Positions 36,270-45,556 of a DNA stretch of 64,000 bases are shown here, in pieces. Position 1 is the first letter of the stretch, and each line of letters opens with the position of its first letter. This stretch comes from Candidatus Spongiisociaceae bacterium (GTDB lineage Bacteria > Actinomycetota > Acidimicrobiia > Spongiisociales > Spongiisociaceae): positions 64,001 through 128,000 of the forward strand of contig OZ241841.1 in NCBI GenBank assembly GCA_965202665.1, read 5' to 3'. The notes under the pieces are model-generated. The model searched no databases and was not told the origin of the DNA. It saw nothing but the letters and a program-made list of their open reading frames with translations. Position numbers and translations under genes: made by a program.

Positions 36270-36786
36270 AAGAGACGATGGTGTGAAATTCAATCCCCGG
36301 CAGGGCCTCCCTCCCGTTCAGAAACTCCAGCTCTATGAAAGCCCCCAGCCCGGCCACCTCCGCCCCGAAATGACGCACCAGCCGCGCCGCCGCCCCGGCT
36401 GTTCCCCCGGTGGCCACCACATCGTCCACGATCAGCACCCGCTCCCCGGGGTTGATGGCGTCGACGTGGGCTTGCAAAGCGTCGCTTCCGTACTCCAGCT
36501 GGTATTCCTCGGCGTGGACCCGGTAGGGAAGTTTGCCCGGTTTGCGGAACGGAGCGAAGCCCACTCCCAAAGCCAGGGCCACCGGGGTGGCCAGGGTGAA
36601 GCCGCGGGCTTCGATCCCCGCCACCCTGGTGACGCCCGCCCCCCGGAACGGTTCGGCGATCAGTTCCACCAGGGAAGCCAAAGCCCGGGGGTCGGCCAGC
36701 ACCGGGGTCACATCTTTGAACATGACGCCTTCCACCGGATAGTCGGGAACATCGCGCACCAAGGCGCGCAACTCGGACGGTCCCAT
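36262..36786 (-). CDS. apt: Adenine phosphoribosyltransferase
   Basis: FKDVTP, GIEARGF, RKPGKLP, VDDVVATGGT. Confidence 0.97.
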   Translation of the reverse strand: MGPSELRALVRDVPDYPVEGVMFKDVTPVLADPRALASLVELIAEPFRGAGVTRVAGIEARGFTLATPVALALGVGFAPFRKPGKLPYRVHAEEYQLEYGSDALQAHVDAINPGERVLIVDDVVATGGTAGAAARLVRHFGAEVAGLGAFIELEFLNGREALPGIEFHTIVSYA

Positions 36787-36874
36787 TGTCGTGCTCCTGA
36801 CTGTCGGCGGGCCCCATGGGATTGCGGGAACGGCTATTTTACCGAACCGGCGCCCACCCGGCCAAGAATTGGGG

Positions 36875-37900
36875 TCAGCGGCGGTCCCGGCTGCTCAACC
36901 GGCCCCCGCCCCCCGTCGCCGGACCGGGCCGGCCCGTAGGGCGGCGGGAGGCTTTGCGTTCGGTGCGGAAACGGCGGCGGCGCCACTCGTCCTCCCGCTC
37001 CTTCCACAAAGCCAACAGCGGAACGGCCACGAAGATGGAGGAGTAGGTCCCGGCGGCGATTCCCACGAACAGGGCCAAGGCGAACTCGCGCAAGGTGCCC
37101 GCCCCCAGCAGCAGCGACCCGATGAACAGCAACGATCCCACCGGCAACAGGCTGGTCAGGGAAGTGTTTATGGAACGCATCAGCACCTGGTTCATGGCGC
37201 GGTTGACCAGTTCGGTGTAGGTGCGCCGATGCTGATCTTCGGCTACGTTCTCCCGCACCTTGTCGTACACCACCACCGTGTCGTACAGGGAATAGCCGAG
37301 GATGGTCAGCACCGCCACCACCGTGGCCGGGGTGACCTCGAAGCCGAGCAGGGAATAGGCCCCGGCGGTGATGACCAGATCGTGCAAGAGGGCGGTGATG
37401 GCCCCCACCGCCATCTTCCATTCAAACCGGATGCTGATGAACACCACCACCACCGCCAGGAAAACCAGCAGGGCCTGCACCGCCCGGCGGGTGACCTGCC
37501 GCCCGAAGGTGGGCCCGACCGAATCGGCGTCGGTCAGTTCGATTTCGGTGCCGGTCGCCGCCACCAAATCCAGGACCATCCGCCGTTCGGCCTCCAGATC
37601 CAGCGACTCGGTCTGTACCCGCACCACGGCCCCGTCGTCGACGAGCTGGATGCGGGCCGTATCCCCCGCCGCGCCCAGGGCCGTCCGCACCGCCCCGATG
37701 TCCGCCCCGGCCGGGTTGGGGGAGGTGATGGAAATGCCGCCGGTGAAATCAATTCCCAGGTTCAGGTTGCGGACGGCCAGCGAACCGAGGCAGAGGAGCA
37801 AAGCCGCCGCCGACACTATGAACCAGCGCCGGTGGTTGCCCACCACGTCGAAGGCGGTCTCCCCCCGGTACAGGCGGCGTAACAGGGAACCCCGGCTCAT
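36875..37900 (-). CDS. secF: Protein translocase subunit SecF
   Basis: LNLGIDFTGG, VGPTFG, GYSLYDTVVVYDKVREN, RSINTS. Confidence 0.96.
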   Translation of the reverse strand: MSRGSLLRRLYRGETAFDVVGNHRRWFIVSAAALLLCLGSLAVRNLNLGIDFTGGISITSPNPAGADIGAVRTALGAAGDTARIQLVDDGAVVRVQTESLDLEAERRMVLDLVAATGTEIELTDADSVGPTFGRQVTRRAVQALLVFLAVVVVFISIRFEWKMAVGAITALLHDLVITAGAYSLLGFEVTPATVVAVLTILGYSLYDTVVVYDKVRENVAEDQHRRTYTELVNRAMNQVLMRSINTSLTSLLPVGSLLFIGSLLLGAGTLREFALALFVGIAAGTYSSIFVAVPLLALWKEREDEWRRRRFRTERKASRRPTGRPGPATGGGGRLSSRDRR

Positions 37901-39405
37901 GCGCCCCCCTCCCCCGCCGGTTTTCGGCCCCGCAGTCCGGCGGCCGTCCATTTGCCGAGGCGGCTGCGCACCAGAATTCCGCCCGCGTTGCGGGTGAAGA
38001 AGTAGAACACGATCACATCCAGGACGGTGGCTATTCCCAAAGCCTGGGCGAACCCCCGTACCGGCCCCACCGCCAAAATCCACAGCAACAGGGCCCCCAC
38101 GAACGACACGAAGTCGGCGGTGAGGATGGTGCGGAAGGCCCGGCGGTAGGCTTCGTTGGCCGCGTCCACCACCGTCCTCCCTTTGCGTATCTCCTCCCGC
38201 ACGCGTTCGAAGTAGACGATGTAGGAGTCGGCGGTGATGCCCACCGCCACGATCACCCCCGCCACCCCGGCCAAAGTAAGGGTGAGTCCTTGGATCACCC
38301 CCAGCAACCCGAACACCAAAACCAGCAAGGAGCCGAAGATCGTCAAACCGATTAAAGTCACCAGGCCCATCGCCCGGTAGTAGGCGATCAGGAAAATTAT
38401 GACCAAAATCAATCCGCCGATCCCGGCCGCCAGCCCGGCCCGCAAAGAATCATCCCCCAGGGTGGCCGACACTTTCTGCACCGCCGAGCGTTCGAAGGCC
38501 ACCGGCAACGACCCGTAGCGGAGCACGGTGGTCAGATCCCGGGCTTCCGCCTCGGAGTTTTCATCGTTGCCGAAGGTGATGATGGACGTGCCGCCGGTGA
38601 TGCCCTCCGAGGTCACGTCGTCGGCCATGGCGGGGGCGGAAACCACCGTCCCGTCCAAAACGATGGCCATCCGGCGCTGGGGGGTGCCGACCGCGTTCAG
38701 GGCCAGGCGGCCGGTGATGTCGGCGAACCTTTCGGCCCCCGCCGGGGTGAGGTTGAGTTGCACCACCCAGGTTCCCGGGGTGTACTGGCCGTAGATGGGC
38801 AGGGCCGATTCCACTTCGGCCCCGGTCAGGTCGGCCGGACCCACCTCGTAGACGGCCGCTATTCCCCCCTCTTCGTCCAGCTCGGGCAGAAAAGCCCGGG
38901 AGCTTTGGATGTCATCTTGCATGGTCAGGCCGAGGACGGGATCCACCCCCGGCGGGAAGACAAAGTCCTCCCCGGCCTCTTCGGCTTCGATCAGGATCGG
39001 GGAACGCTCATCCAAGGTGCAGGTGGAACCCCTGAAGGCGGCGCTGGAAACGGAGGCGGTGCAGTTTAGAACCTGGCGGAAGGAAAGAAGGCCGGTGCGG
39101 CCCACCGCGTCCAAGGCCCGCTCCTGGTCGGTCACCCCCGGCAACTGCACCAGCACCGACGTGCCGCCGGTGATGGAAATCTCCGGTTCCTGCACGTTGC
39201 CGAAGTCTTCGATGCGGTTGCGCATCACCTCCACCGCCTGCTCCACCACCTCGGGGTCGACGCCCTCCGGGGCTTCCAGGATGACCGAGGTCCCTCCTTG
39301 CAGGTCCAGTCCCAGACGAGGCGTCCAGCCGAGGAAAAAGGCGCCCGTCAAACCGCCCCAGGCCACTCCGGCCATCACCAGGACGGCCGTCCACCGACGC
39401 CACAT
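37897..39405 (-). CDS. secD: Protein translocase subunit SecD
   Basis: LGLDLQGG, LRYGSLP, VSATLG, GITADSYIVYFERVREE. Confidence 0.96.
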   Translation of the reverse strand: MWRRWTAVLVMAGVAWGGLTGAFFLGWTPRLGLDLQGGTSVILEAPEGVDPEVVEQAVEVMRNRIEDFGNVQEPEISITGGTSVLVQLPGVTDQERALDAVGRTGLLSFRQVLNCTASVSSAAFRGSTCTLDERSPILIEAEEAGEDFVFPPGVDPVLGLTMQDDIQSSRAFLPELDEEGGIAAVYEVGPADLTGAEVESALPIYGQYTPGTWVVQLNLTPAGAERFADITGRLALNAVGTPQRRMAIVLDGTVVSAPAMADDVTSEGITGGTSIITFGNDENSEAEARDLTTVLRYGSLPVAFERSAVQKVSATLGDDSLRAGLAAGIGGLILVIIFLIAYYRAMGLVTLIGLTIFGSLLVLVFGLLGVIQGLTLTLAGVAGVIVAVGITADSYIVYFERVREEIRKGRTVVDAANEAYRRAFRTILTADFVSFVGALLLWILAVGPVRGFAQALGIATVLDVIVFYFFTRNAGGILVRSRLGKWTAAGLRGRKPAGEGGA

Positions 39406-39411
39406 GGAAGG

Positions 39412-39825
39412 TTAGTTCCCGCCTGTTCCCATAATGTCGGTGCCGGGATCGGAATTGGCGCTTCCGCCCACTTTGCCGGCGATGGCCGACCGGGACACCC
39501 GAATCCGGCCTTCTTCCATGGCCAGCACCAAATGGTCGTCGGCGATGCCCACCACCATCCCGAACAGGCCGCCGATGGTGCGCACGTTGTCGCCCACTTC
39601 CAGGCTGGCGTTCAATTCCTGTTGCTGACGGGTCCTCCTCCGTTGCGGCCGGATCATCAGGAAATAGATGATGGCCCCAAACAGGGCCAGGTAAATCAAT
39701 ATCCCGGGGCCCCCCAGGCCGCCGCCGCTGCTGCCTTCTCCGGCAGCTGTGCAACCGCCGGCCGCTAGGGCCAAGGCCAGCAGGGCCAACGGGCCGCCCC
39801 ATCCGTTTTTAGCTAACAATTTCAC
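39412..39825 (-). CDS. yajC: Preprotein translocase subunit YajC
   Basis: YFLMIRPQRRR, LEVGDNVRTIGGLFG; upstream of secD. Confidence 0.93.
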   Translation of the reverse strand: MKLLAKNGWGGPLALLALALAAGGCTAAGEGSSGGGLGGPGILIYLALFGAIIYFLMIRPQRRRTRQQQELNASLEVGDNVRTIGGLFGMVVGIADDHLVLAMEEGRIRVSRSAIAGKVGGSANSDPGTDIMGTGGN

Positions 39826-39931
39826 CGAGTTTCAACCTCTCGTCTATCCGACCGCCGGCGGCGGTTCGTCCAAGCGCGGCGCGCCCGCCCGGAGGTTGGC
39901 GCCGGGCAACGGACATTGCGCCGTCCCGATA

Positions 39932-41074
39932 TTAGCCGACTCCGATTTTAACGTGGGAATCCCCGTCCGGCGCCGGGGCCCGGCTTCTCACAACCTCCCG
40001 CCGGAACCGCTGAAAATCCCCCCGTTCGATGGCTTCCCGGGCATCGGCCAGCAACTTCTGGGTGACGGTGAGGTTGTGGACCGACAGCAACCGTTGCACG
40101 CCTGCTTCTTTAGTTGCCGTCAGATGGCGCAGGTAGGCGCGGGTATGAGTACGGCACACCGCGCAGGAGCATTCCCCGTCCAATGGACGTTCGTCGGCGG
40201 CGTAAGCGGCCCCCCGGATACCGTAGTCCCCCCGGCGGGTGATGACCTTGCCGTGGCGGGCCAGGCGGGTGGGCCACACGCAGTCGAACAGGTCCGCCCC
40301 CCGGGCGATGGAATCCAACATTCCCTCCAAGTCGCCCAAGCCCATCACGTAGCGCACCGCCCCGGCGGGCAGATGGGCCGCGGTCGCCTCCACCGCCCGG
40401 TTGCGCTCTTCGGCGGGCTCCCCCACCGACAGCCCTCCGATGCCGAATCCGTCCACCGGCAACTGGGCGGTGCGGCGGGCGCTCTCCGCCCGCAAATCGG
40501 GGTCGACTCCCCCTTGCACTATCCCGAACAGCGCCTGGTCGGGGCGGGTGCGGGCGGCCGTCGCCCGCTCCAGCCAGCGCAGGGTGCGCTCCATCGCTTC
40601 TTCCGCCTCCTCCCGGGGGGCGGGGAGGCCGATGCACACGTCCAGCGCCATGGCGATGTCGGGGCCGAGCTGTTCCTGGACGCGCACCGCATCCTCCGGG
40701 GTAAGCGTCACCGCCGACCCGTCGTAGACCGACCGGAACCGGGCGCCCTGTTCGTCGACTTCCGGATCCAGGGAAAAAATCTGGTAGCCGCCCGAGTCGG
40801 TGAGGATGGGGCCCTCCCAGGCGGTAAAGCGGTGCAGGCCGCCCATCCGCTCCACCAGTCCCGCCCCGGGCCGCAACATCAGGTGGTAGGTGTTGGACAA
40901 AATCATTTCCGCCCCGGTTTCCGCCAAGTCCCTGACGTCCAAGGTTTTGACCGCCGCCCGGGTGCCGACCGGCATAAAAGCGGGGGTTTCCACCGTTCCG
41001 TGCGGGGTGGTGATCCGTCCCCGGCGGGCCTCCCCGTCCGCGGCCAGAACCTGATAGGAAACGGGAGCGGCCAT
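39932..41074 (-). CDS. tgt: tRNA-guanine transglycosylase
   Basis: ETPAFMPVGT, NTYHL, TDSGGYQ, FDCVWPTR, CSCAVC zinc site. Confidence 0.97.
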   Translation of the reverse strand: MAAPVSYQVLAADGEARRGRITTPHGTVETPAFMPVGTRAAVKTLDVRDLAETGAEMILSNTYHLMLRPGAGLVERMGGLHRFTAWEGPILTDSGGYQIFSLDPEVDEQGARFRSVYDGSAVTLTPEDAVRVQEQLGPDIAMALDVCIGLPAPREEAEEAMERTLRWLERATAARTRPDQALFGIVQGGVDPDLRAESARRTAQLPVDGFGIGGLSVGEPAEERNRAVEATAAHLPAGAVRYVMGLGDLEGMLDSIARGADLFDCVWPTRLARHGKVITRRGDYGIRGAAYAADERPLDGECSCAVCRTHTRAYLRHLTATKEAGVQRLLSVHNLTVTQKLLADAREAIERGDFQRFRREVVRSRAPAPDGDSHVKIGVG

Positions 41075-42090
41075 TACGAAGCCCCGGCCCGTTCCGCCAG
41101 CATGGCGTCGCCGAAAGACAGGAAGCGGTAACGGCGGTCCAGGGCGGCGCGATAGGCGGCCCGCCACCGCTCCCCCATGAAGGCGGCCACCAGCGCCAAC
41201 AGCGAGGAGCGGGGGATGTGGAAGTTGGTCATCATCAGGTCCACTGCCCGGAAACGGTAGCCGGGCGTGATGTACAAACTGGTGAAACCCCGGAAAGGGC
41301 GGCCCTCCCCCCCGGCGGCGGCCGTCTCCAGGGAACGCACCACGGTGGTGCCGATGGCGGCCACCCGGCCTCCGGCGGCCCGGCAGGAGGCCACCCGTTG
41401 GGCGGTAGCGGCCGGCACCTCCGCCCATTCCGAATGAATTTGGTGGTCCTCCAGGCGGGCGGCGGTGATGGGGCGAAAAGTGTCCAAACCCACCTGCAGT
41501 TCCACTTTCGCCACCCCTATCTCCCGCTCCCGCAAAGCGGCCAACAGGCCCTGCGTTAGGTGGAGGGCGGCGGTGGGGGCGGCCGCCGAACCGACCTTGC
41601 GGCCGAACACGGTCTGGTAGCGCTCCGGATCGTCCAGCGCGGCGCGGATGTAGGGGGGGAGGGGGATTTCCCCGGCGACGGCGATCGCCTCCTCCACGTC
41701 CCGCCCGCCCGCATCCAGCGTCACCTGCGCCCGGCCCTGCCGCGGTTCGTCTTCCAAACGGGCGGAAAGCGAACCGAATTCCAGGACGGTTCCCGACCGC
41801 AACCGCCGGGCGGGCCGGAGCAGCGCCTCCCATCTTTCCCCGATGCGGCCCAGCAGCAGCATTTCCACCGCCCCGCCGGTGCCCCGCCTCCGCCCCCGCA
41901 AGCGGGCGGCCCGCACCCGGGTTTCGTTGACCACCGCCAAGTCGCCCGGACGCAACAGGCGGGGCAGGTCCCGCACCGTCCAGTCGGACAGGTCGGATGT
42001 CCGCAACAGGCGGGCCGAGTCGCGCGGTTCCGCCGGATGCTGCGCCACCCGCTCCTCGGGCAACTGGTAGGCGAACTCCGCGGTCTCCAC
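41074..42090 (-). CDS. queA: SAM:tRNA ribosyltransferase-isomerase
   Basis: PLPPYI, RYQTVF, GSAAAPTA, GTTVVRSLE, YRFLSFGDAM. Confidence 0.97.
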   Translation of the reverse strand: METAEFAYQLPEERVAQHPAEPRDSARLLRTSDLSDWTVRDLPRLLRPGDLAVVNETRVRAARLRGRRRGTGGAVEMLLLGRIGERWEALLRPARRLRSGTVLEFGSLSARLEDEPRQGRAQVTLDAGGRDVEEAIAVAGEIPLPPYIRAALDDPERYQTVFGRKVGSAAAPTAALHLTQGLLAALREREIGVAKVELQVGLDTFRPITAARLEDHQIHSEWAEVPAATAQRVASCRAAGGRVAAIGTTVVRSLETAAAGGEGRPFRGFTSLYITPGYRFRAVDLMMTNFHIPRSSLLALVAAFMGERWRAAYRAALDRRYRFLSFGDAMLAERAGAS

Positions 42091-42125
42091 TCTCTTCGAT
42101 TGCGCTCAGTCGCCGGGGGGCAGGG

Positions 42126-43184
42126 TCATCGGCCCTGATCCGGGTCTTCGGCCAGGAGAGGGGACTGGTCGGCGTAACCGGCGGCGGGGGGGAGGGGTGC
42201 GCCCAGGTGATCGTAGGCCAGCGGAGTGGCGATCCGCCCGCGGGGGGTGCGCTGGATCAAACCCCGTTGCACCAGAAACGGCTCGTAGGCCCCTTCGATC
42301 GTCTCCGGCTCTTCGCTGACCGCGATGGACAAGGTGGACAGGCCCACCGGCCCGCCCCCGAATTTGAAAACGATGGACTCCATGATGGCCCGGTCCACCT
42401 TGTCCAAACCGAGGGAATCCACCTCCCAGACGGCCAGGGCGTCCAGGGCGGTCCGCTCGTCGACGACCCCCTCCGCCCGGGCGATGGCGAACTCCCCCAC
42501 CCGGCTCAGCAGGCGGTTGGCGATGCGGGGGGTGCCCCGGCTGCGGTCGGCGATCGCCTGCGACCCGCCGGGGGTGATGGGCATGCCGGTGATGCGGGCG
42601 GAGCGGGCCACGATCTTCTCCAAGTCCTCCGGGCTGTAATAGTCGAGGCGGTCCACCATCCCGAACCGGTCCCGGAGGGGGGCGGTCACCGTGCCCAAGC
42701 GGGTAGTGGCCCCCACCAATGTGAAACGGGGCAGGCCCAGGCGCAACGACTGGGCGGAGGGGCCTTTGCCCACCATGATATCCAGGGCGAAGTCCTCCAT
42801 CGCCGAATAGAGCACCTCCTCCACCACCCGCGGCAAGCGGTGAATCTCGTCTATGAACAGCACATCGCCTTCCTCCAGGCCGGACAGGATGGCGGCCAAG
42901 TCGCCCGCCCGCTCCACGGCCGGGCCGGAAGTGGAACGGAGGGTGGAACCCAACTCCCCGGACACGATGCGGGCCAGGGTGGTTTTGCCCAAGCCGGGCG
43001 GGCCGGACAGAAGCAGATGGTCCAGCGGCCTCCCCAGCTTGCCCGCCGCCTCGATGGAAATGCCCAGCCGTTCTTTGAGGGCCGTCTGCCCCACGAACTC
43101 GCCCAAGGTGCGGGGCCGCAGAGTGTCCTCCAGGACGACGTCGTCTTCTTTGGATTCGGTTGCCAGCAGGCCGTCCTCGCGCAT
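42126..43184 (-). CDS. ruvB: Holliday junction branch migration helicase RuvB
   Basis: LRPRTLGEFVGQ, GPPGLGKTT, DEIHRL, RTPRGR. Confidence 0.98.
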   Translation of the reverse strand: MREDGLLATESKEDDVVLEDTLRPRTLGEFVGQTALKERLGISIEAAGKLGRPLDHLLLSGPPGLGKTTLARIVSGELGSTLRSTSGPAVERAGDLAAILSGLEEGDVLFIDEIHRLPRVVEEVLYSAMEDFALDIMVGKGPSAQSLRLGLPRFTLVGATTRLGTVTAPLRDRFGMVDRLDYYSPEDLEKIVARSARITGMPITPGGSQAIADRSRGTPRIANRLLSRVGEFAIARAEGVVDERTALDALAVWEVDSLGLDKVDRAIMESIVFKFGGGPVGLSTLSIAVSEEPETIEGAYEPFLVQRGLIQRTPRGRIATPLAYDHLGAPLPPAAGYADQSPLLAEDPDQGR

Positions 43185-43193
43185 AATGGCTCC

Positions 43194-43763
43194 TTACCGT
43201 CCGCCCAGCAGTCGCAGGGCTTGCCGGATTTGCCCCTCCACCGGCTCGTCCGGGGAAATATCCTCCAGCGCGGCTCGGATTTCCGACGGGGAGTATCCGA
43301 GGCCCTCCAGCGCTTCCCGCACCGGGGCCAGCCCGCTCCCGGCCCGGGCGGAGGTTTCCAACGCCCCCAGTTTGGGTTGCAACTCCAGGATAATCTTCTC
43401 CGCTTTGCGTTTGCCCACCCCCGGGGCGGCGGTCAGGGCGTCCCAGTCGTCGGTGGCCACCGCTCGGCGAATCTCCTCGGAGGTCAACGCCCCCAGCATT
43501 CCCATCGCCAGGGACGGGCCCACCCCGTTGCAACCCAGCAGCACCCGGAACAGATCGCGGGTCGGCTCCGCCTCGAACCCGTAGAGGGCGATTTTGTCCT
43601 CCCGCACCGCCATGTGGGTGTACATCTCCGCTTCCTCCCCCAAACCGGGAAGGGAGTCCAAGTGGCGGGGCGTCACCGCAATCTCATAGCCAACACCGCC
43701 CACCTCCAACAGCACGGCGACCGCGGCGCGGGACCCCAGCCTCCCCCGCAACTTTCCGATCAT
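43194..43763 (-). CDS. ruvA: Holliday junction branch migration protein RuvA
   Basis: MIGKLRG, GGVGYEI, VRED..LYGF, GVGKRKAEKIILEL. Confidence 0.96.
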   Translation of the reverse strand: MIGKLRGRLGSRAAVAVLLEVGGVGYEIAVTPRHLDSLPGLGEEAEMYTHMAVREDKIALYGFEAEPTRDLFRVLLGCNGVGPSLAMGMLGALTSEEIRRAVATDDWDALTAAPGVGKRKAEKIILELQPKLGALETSARAGSGLAPVREALEGLGYSPSEIRAALEDISPDEPVEGQIRQALRLLGGR

Positions 43764-44269
43764 CTAGCGGCCTCCGCCATCACCAGCCGCCCCCACCGGC
43801 CCGCCGTATGCTGCAGATGGCACAGGGCCACCGCCAAGGCGTCTGCGGCGTCCGCCGGGCGGGGCGGGGCCGCCAGGCCCAGGCGGCGGGCCACCATTCG
43901 CTGCATCTGGGTTTTGTTAGCCGCCCCGTCCCCGGTCACCACCGCCTTGATGGCCGAAGGGGAATATTCGGCGGCGTCCACTCCGGCCGCGGCCGCGGCC
44001 AGCAGGGCCGTCCCCGCCGCCTGCACCACCCCGGTGGCGGTAGCCAAGTTGCGGTTGACGAACACCTGCTCCACGGCCATCACCTCCGGCCGCAACTCGG
44101 CCAAAAGGCCGGTCAGGTCGTTGTACAACTCCAGCAGGCGACGGGAAGTGGGCAGGGCCCGGTCGGTGCGGATAACCCCCGTCGCCACCGCCTCCACCTC
44201 GGTTCCCGCGGAACGCAAAGCCCCGAAGCCGGTGGCCGTCAATCCGGGATCTATACCGAGTACGAACAT
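43760..44269 (-). CDS. ruvC: Crossover junction endodeoxyribonuclease RuvC
   Basis: MFVLGIDPG, GDGAANKTQM, DAADALAVALCH. Confidence 0.97.
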   Translation of the reverse strand: MFVLGIDPGLTATGFGALRSAGTEVEAVATGVIRTDRALPTSRRLLELYNDLTGLLAELRPEVMAVEQVFVNRNLATATGVVQAAGTALLAAAAAGVDAAEYSPSAIKAVVTGDGAANKTQMQRMVARRLGLAAPPRPADAADALAVALCHLQHTAGRWGRLVMAEAAR

Positions 44270-44276
44270 ATGTTCT
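44263..44276. promoter_or_regulatory. LexA (SOS) box overlapping the ruvC start codon
   Basis: CGAACATATGTTCT matches the Gram-positive CGAAC-N4-GTTCG consensus and shares its core with the boxes upstream of lexA. Confidence 0.8.
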
Positions 44277-44337
44277 ATTTTACCCACCGCCGGCGACAAA
44301 ACCCGGTATTTGCCCAGTCAGGCCCGATTCACAAATC

Positions 44338-44734
44338 CTACTGCAAATCACCCAGATAGGGAACCGGCGGCAACGACGGATCGTCGGCTGCTATCTCTCC
44401 ATCGTTCCGGATGCGGTACCCATCCGGCAAACAATCCAGAAATGAACCGCCTCGTCTCCAGTCCATCCAAACCGCCCTGTTGATGATGTATCCGGGCCGA
44501 CTCCACCGCATACGCTATTTCCTCCTCCGGCGTTAGCGCATCCGGCGACCCGGGCGGAACCCAGGACCACGATCCGACTACTTCTCCATCCTGATCGACG
44601 ACCTTGTCATCGCTCCGGTGGTAATAGCCCCGGGGCCGCTCCGCCCCAACGGCGCAATCACCGTCGTTCTCCGACTCCTCCCTAGTTACCCGCTCCGTCA
44701 ACGGATGCGGCTTAGAAGGAGGGTCGCTGCTCAC
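44338..44734 (-). pseudogene. Frameshifted paralog of the 44731-45003 protein
   Basis: GTGA overlap with the upstream stop; PDALTPEEEIAY in frame 1; after one extra T near 44441 the frame continues LDCLPDGY..DGEIAADDPSLPPVPYLG, matching the paralog's C-terminus. Confidence 0.65.
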
Positions 44735-45003
44735 GAATCCGGCTTGCACCGCCCCAGGTAGGGGACCAGCGGTAATGACGAATCGTCCCTCACTATTTCC
44801 CCATCTTGTGCGTGATATCCCTGGGGCAGGTTGTCCAAAATCCAGCGGACCCACTCGGCCAATTCCTGATCCATCTCCCCGGCATGCACCCGGTCGGAAA
44901 TGGCGATGTAGGCCGCCGCCTCCTCCGGCGTTAGAACATCGGGGGCCAGCTGATGCGGATATGCGATGGCGTCATCCAACGGCGTTACGGTTATATCATT
45001 CAT
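44731..45003 (-). CDS. Small hypothetical protein (90 aa)
   Basis: ATG with upstream GGGAG; non-shadow composition; has a tandem paralog. Confidence 0.7.
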   Translation of the reverse strand: MNDITVTPLDDAIAYPHQLAPDVLTPEEAAAYIAISDRVHAGEMDQELAEWVRWILDNLPQGYHAQDGEIVRDDSSLPLVPYLGRCKPDS

Positions 45004-45065
45004 AATATCACGACTCTCCCTTATCCATCATTGCGTAGGACCAGCTGCGGGGCAGGTTAGGGGAC

Positions 45066-45284
45066 TCATATCGGCGCATCGGCGGGGTCATAATCCATGG
45101 GGCGGACCCGTTGGGCGCGCAGCCATTTCAGGACGAGGTCGCGGTGGAAGAGGCCCCGCCCATCCGCCTCGGCGTCCGCCAAATGCCCCTCCCCCGCCAG
45201 GCGGCGGGCCTCCTCGATGGAAATACCGAGGAGGTCCGCCACTCCGGGCAGGTCGAGGATAGGAGGGAACCGGGCATTTTTCAT
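45066..45284 (-). CDS. Small helix-turn-helix protein (excisionase/HTH_17-like)
   Basis: ILDLPGVADLLGISIEEARRLAGEGHL...LFHRDLVLKWL fits the excisionase-type HTH pattern. Confidence 0.75.
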   Translation of the reverse strand: MKNARFPPILDLPGVADLLGISIEEARRLAGEGHLADAEADGRGLFHRDLVLKWLRAQRVRPMDYDPADAPI

Positions 45285-45309
45285 TCCTACCCTCAAAAAC
45301 GGCGGGTTT

Positions 45310-45495
45310 TCAGAACCGCACCTTGTCCCGCAGCCAGCCGATAATGTCCGCCCCCAGGCTGTTGAACAGCGTCTGCAGGCCGAACACCACCATCACCCCC
45401 ACCGCAATCCAGGCGAAGATGGTGGAAGTCTCAGCCGCCCCCCGTTCGCTGCGCAATCGTTCCCACAGCGCGTGCAGAACCGCCATCATTTTCAT
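45310..45495 (-). CDS. Flp-type pilin
   Basis: 61 aa, RLRSERG|AAET cleavage-like site followed by a hydrophobic helix; strong AAAGGAG RBS; follows tadC. Confidence 0.75.
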   Translation of the reverse strand: MKMMAVLHALWERLRSERGAAETSTIFAWIAVGVMVVFGLQTLFNSLGADIIGWLRDKVRF

Positions 45496-45556
45496 CGTCG
45501 TCTCCTTTGCTCTCGCTTGATTGAACGGGTTGTCCGTTACCGGCCGCAAGCACATG

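Noticed and set aside
44348-44854. 168-aa ORF as listed in the track
   Set aside because: Its N-terminus overlaps the upstream paralog and its C-terminus is out of frame; better explained as a frameshifted gene 44734-44338
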